Below the pieces are notes generated by a model that saw only the letters and a list, made by a program, of their open reading frames with translations, had not been told where the DNA came from and searched no databases. Below, piece after piece: positions 63,074 through 64,000 of a stretch of 64,000 nt of DNA (positions within the stretch are counted from its first letter, which is position 1; each line of letters starts with the position of its first letter). The stretch is from positions 1,152,001 to 1,216,000 of the forward strand of contig CAVZDU010000001.1 in assembly GCA_963774265.1 (NCBI GenBank). The letters run 5' to 3'. This DNA comes from an uncultured Chloroflexia bacterium. GTDB taxonomy: Bacteria > Chloroflexota > Anaerolineae > CG2-30-64-16. Position numbers and translations under genes: made by a program.

Positions 63074-63112
63074 AGGCCGCAGCCTCTTTCTCTCTGGGGC
63101 CGCGGCCTTTTG
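63074..63112 (+). terminator. Intrinsic terminator
   Basis: AGGCCGCAGCCTC..GGGGCCGCGGCCT-TTTG. Confidence 0.7.
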
Positions 63113-63152
63113 TCTTCTCCTGAAATATGTACAGGCGAGGAGAGCCACCCTA

Positions 63153-63524
63153 ATGCCACGTACCCGCAAGACCACGCCGACCTACTCCGCGACATCAGTG
63201 GGCGCATCTCTCCCGGCCCTGACAAAGGAACTCTGGCAGGCGGCGGTCAACTTGCGCGGCTCCATCGAACCGGCCGATTACAAACGCTACGTCCTGCCGC
63301 TGATCTTCCTGCGCTTCCTCTCGTTACGCTACGAGCGTCGGCGGGGCGAGTTCGAGAAGCGTCTGCTGAGCGTGATCCAGGCGGAGGTGAAGTGCGAGAT
63401 CCCCGACTGGGCCGAGGGGCCGTTCCGGAACGGCGCCTACGATCCGGTGCTGGACGACGGGGTGAAGGTGAACATCACGCTGCTGCAAGAGGCGGGGGTG
63501 CTGAGGTATGGGAAGGTGGTGTGA
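63153..63524 (+). pseudogene. Chimeric remnant: type I RM HsdM N-terminus fused to a BREX PglX-like C-terminus
   Basis: LWQAAVNLRGSIEPADYKRYVLPLIFLRFLS (HsdM_N) joined to YDPVLDDGVKVNI..L (PglX-like terminal motif). Confidence 0.65.
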
Positions 63525-63526
63525 GG

Positions 63527-64000
63527 ATGTTCGAACCAAACTTTCAGCGCACTGACTTGCTCATCGATATGATCGCCCGGATCGAGGTGGCCCGGGACCG
63601 TATTCTGCGCGCGCCTGTTGTGCCCCGATGGGAGGCCGAGCTGCGCAGCGATGCCGTTGCTCGCAGCGCCCATCACTCGACCAGCATCGAAGGCAATCCC
63701 CTGTCGCTGCAGGAAGTTACCGACCTGTTGGCGGGTCGCGACATCCTGGCCCATCCGCGCGATCGCCAGGAAGTGCTCAATTATGCTGCGGTGTTGCGAT
63801 ACATCGATCGGAATTTCCTGGGCCAGGGTCGAGAGATTACCGAGGAGACAATCCGTCGCCTGCACGCACTCGTCGTCAAGGATGTCCTGCCGCCTCCAGA
63901 AGTTGGCCATTACCGCGGTGTGCCGGTGGTCGTAGGCGTGCCGGCAACGGGCGAAGTCGTCTTCCGGCCTCCCGGCTGGGAAGACGTTCCCGACCTGGTG
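63527..64000 (+). CDS. Fic family protein, N-terminal part (runs off window end)
   Basis: MFEPNFQ, HHSTSIEGNPL, QEVLNY, IRRLHALV, GHYR, FRPP; the HPFxxGNGR motif is not reached in the window. Confidence 0.85.
   Translation, partial: MFEPNFQRTDLLIDMIARIEVARDRILRAPVVPRWEAELRSDAVARSAHHSTSIEGNPLSLQEVTDLLAGRDILAHPRDRQEVLNYAAVLRYIDRNFLGQGREITEETIRRLHALVVKDVLPPPEVGHYRGVPVVVGVPATGEVVFRPPGWEDVPDLV

Larger units (their letters stand above)
61662..63112 (+). ncRNA. Candidate structured ncRNA of unknown family, interrupted by IS630 copy 2 (RNA parts about 61662-61753 and 62876-63112)
   Basis: Helices pair across the IS: GTGACATTGA/TCAATG-TCAC, ATCAGG/CCTGAT, TGACC..GGGGC/GCCCC.GGTCA, plus several local hairpins; promoter and terminator present; no ORF. 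Confidence 0.55.

Noticed and set aside
61662-63112. Identification of the candidate RNA as tmRNA, RNase P, SRP, 6S or tRNA
   Set aside because: No tRNA-like ends or T-loop, no GAGGAAAGUCC, no SRP GGAA-loop domain, and it is branched rather than a single 6S-like rod.

Overview
A 64 kb GC-rich chromosomal window. Gene content and style suggest an anaerobic Chloroflexota (Anaerolineae/Caldilineae-like) organism; this is inferred, not proven. Many single-base indels break essential genes (atpD/atpC, mreB, pgk, gap) and are read here as assembly errors. Housekeeping content: end of the atp operon, mreB, malQ, nrfHA, ADP-forming acetate-CoA ligase, T-box-controlled trpB2, tpiA-pgk-gap, yvcK, acs, rex and a two-component system. 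Five IS copies are present: two IS630, one IS256-like, one IS1202-like and one IS481-like. Two candidate undescribed systems stand out. (1) A divergent island (5.6-14.7 kb) couples two tungstate-binding proteins (TupA, WtpA) with exported proteins built from sulfite-oxidase-like molybdopterin-binding domains, a stand-alone TiaS-like enzyme and an ECF transporter; it may scavenge W/Mo-pterin cofactor. (2) A promoter- and terminator-bounded multi-helix non-coding RNA of about 260-330 nt at 61.66-63.11 kb is visible only after removing the IS630 copy that splits it, and lies upstream of a collapsed HsdM/PglX defence remnant and a Fic gene. Three apparent in-frame deletion scars were also found: a 23-codon relic where a sensory [FeFe]-hydrogenase is expected, an NSS transporter, and the HsdM-PglX chimera.
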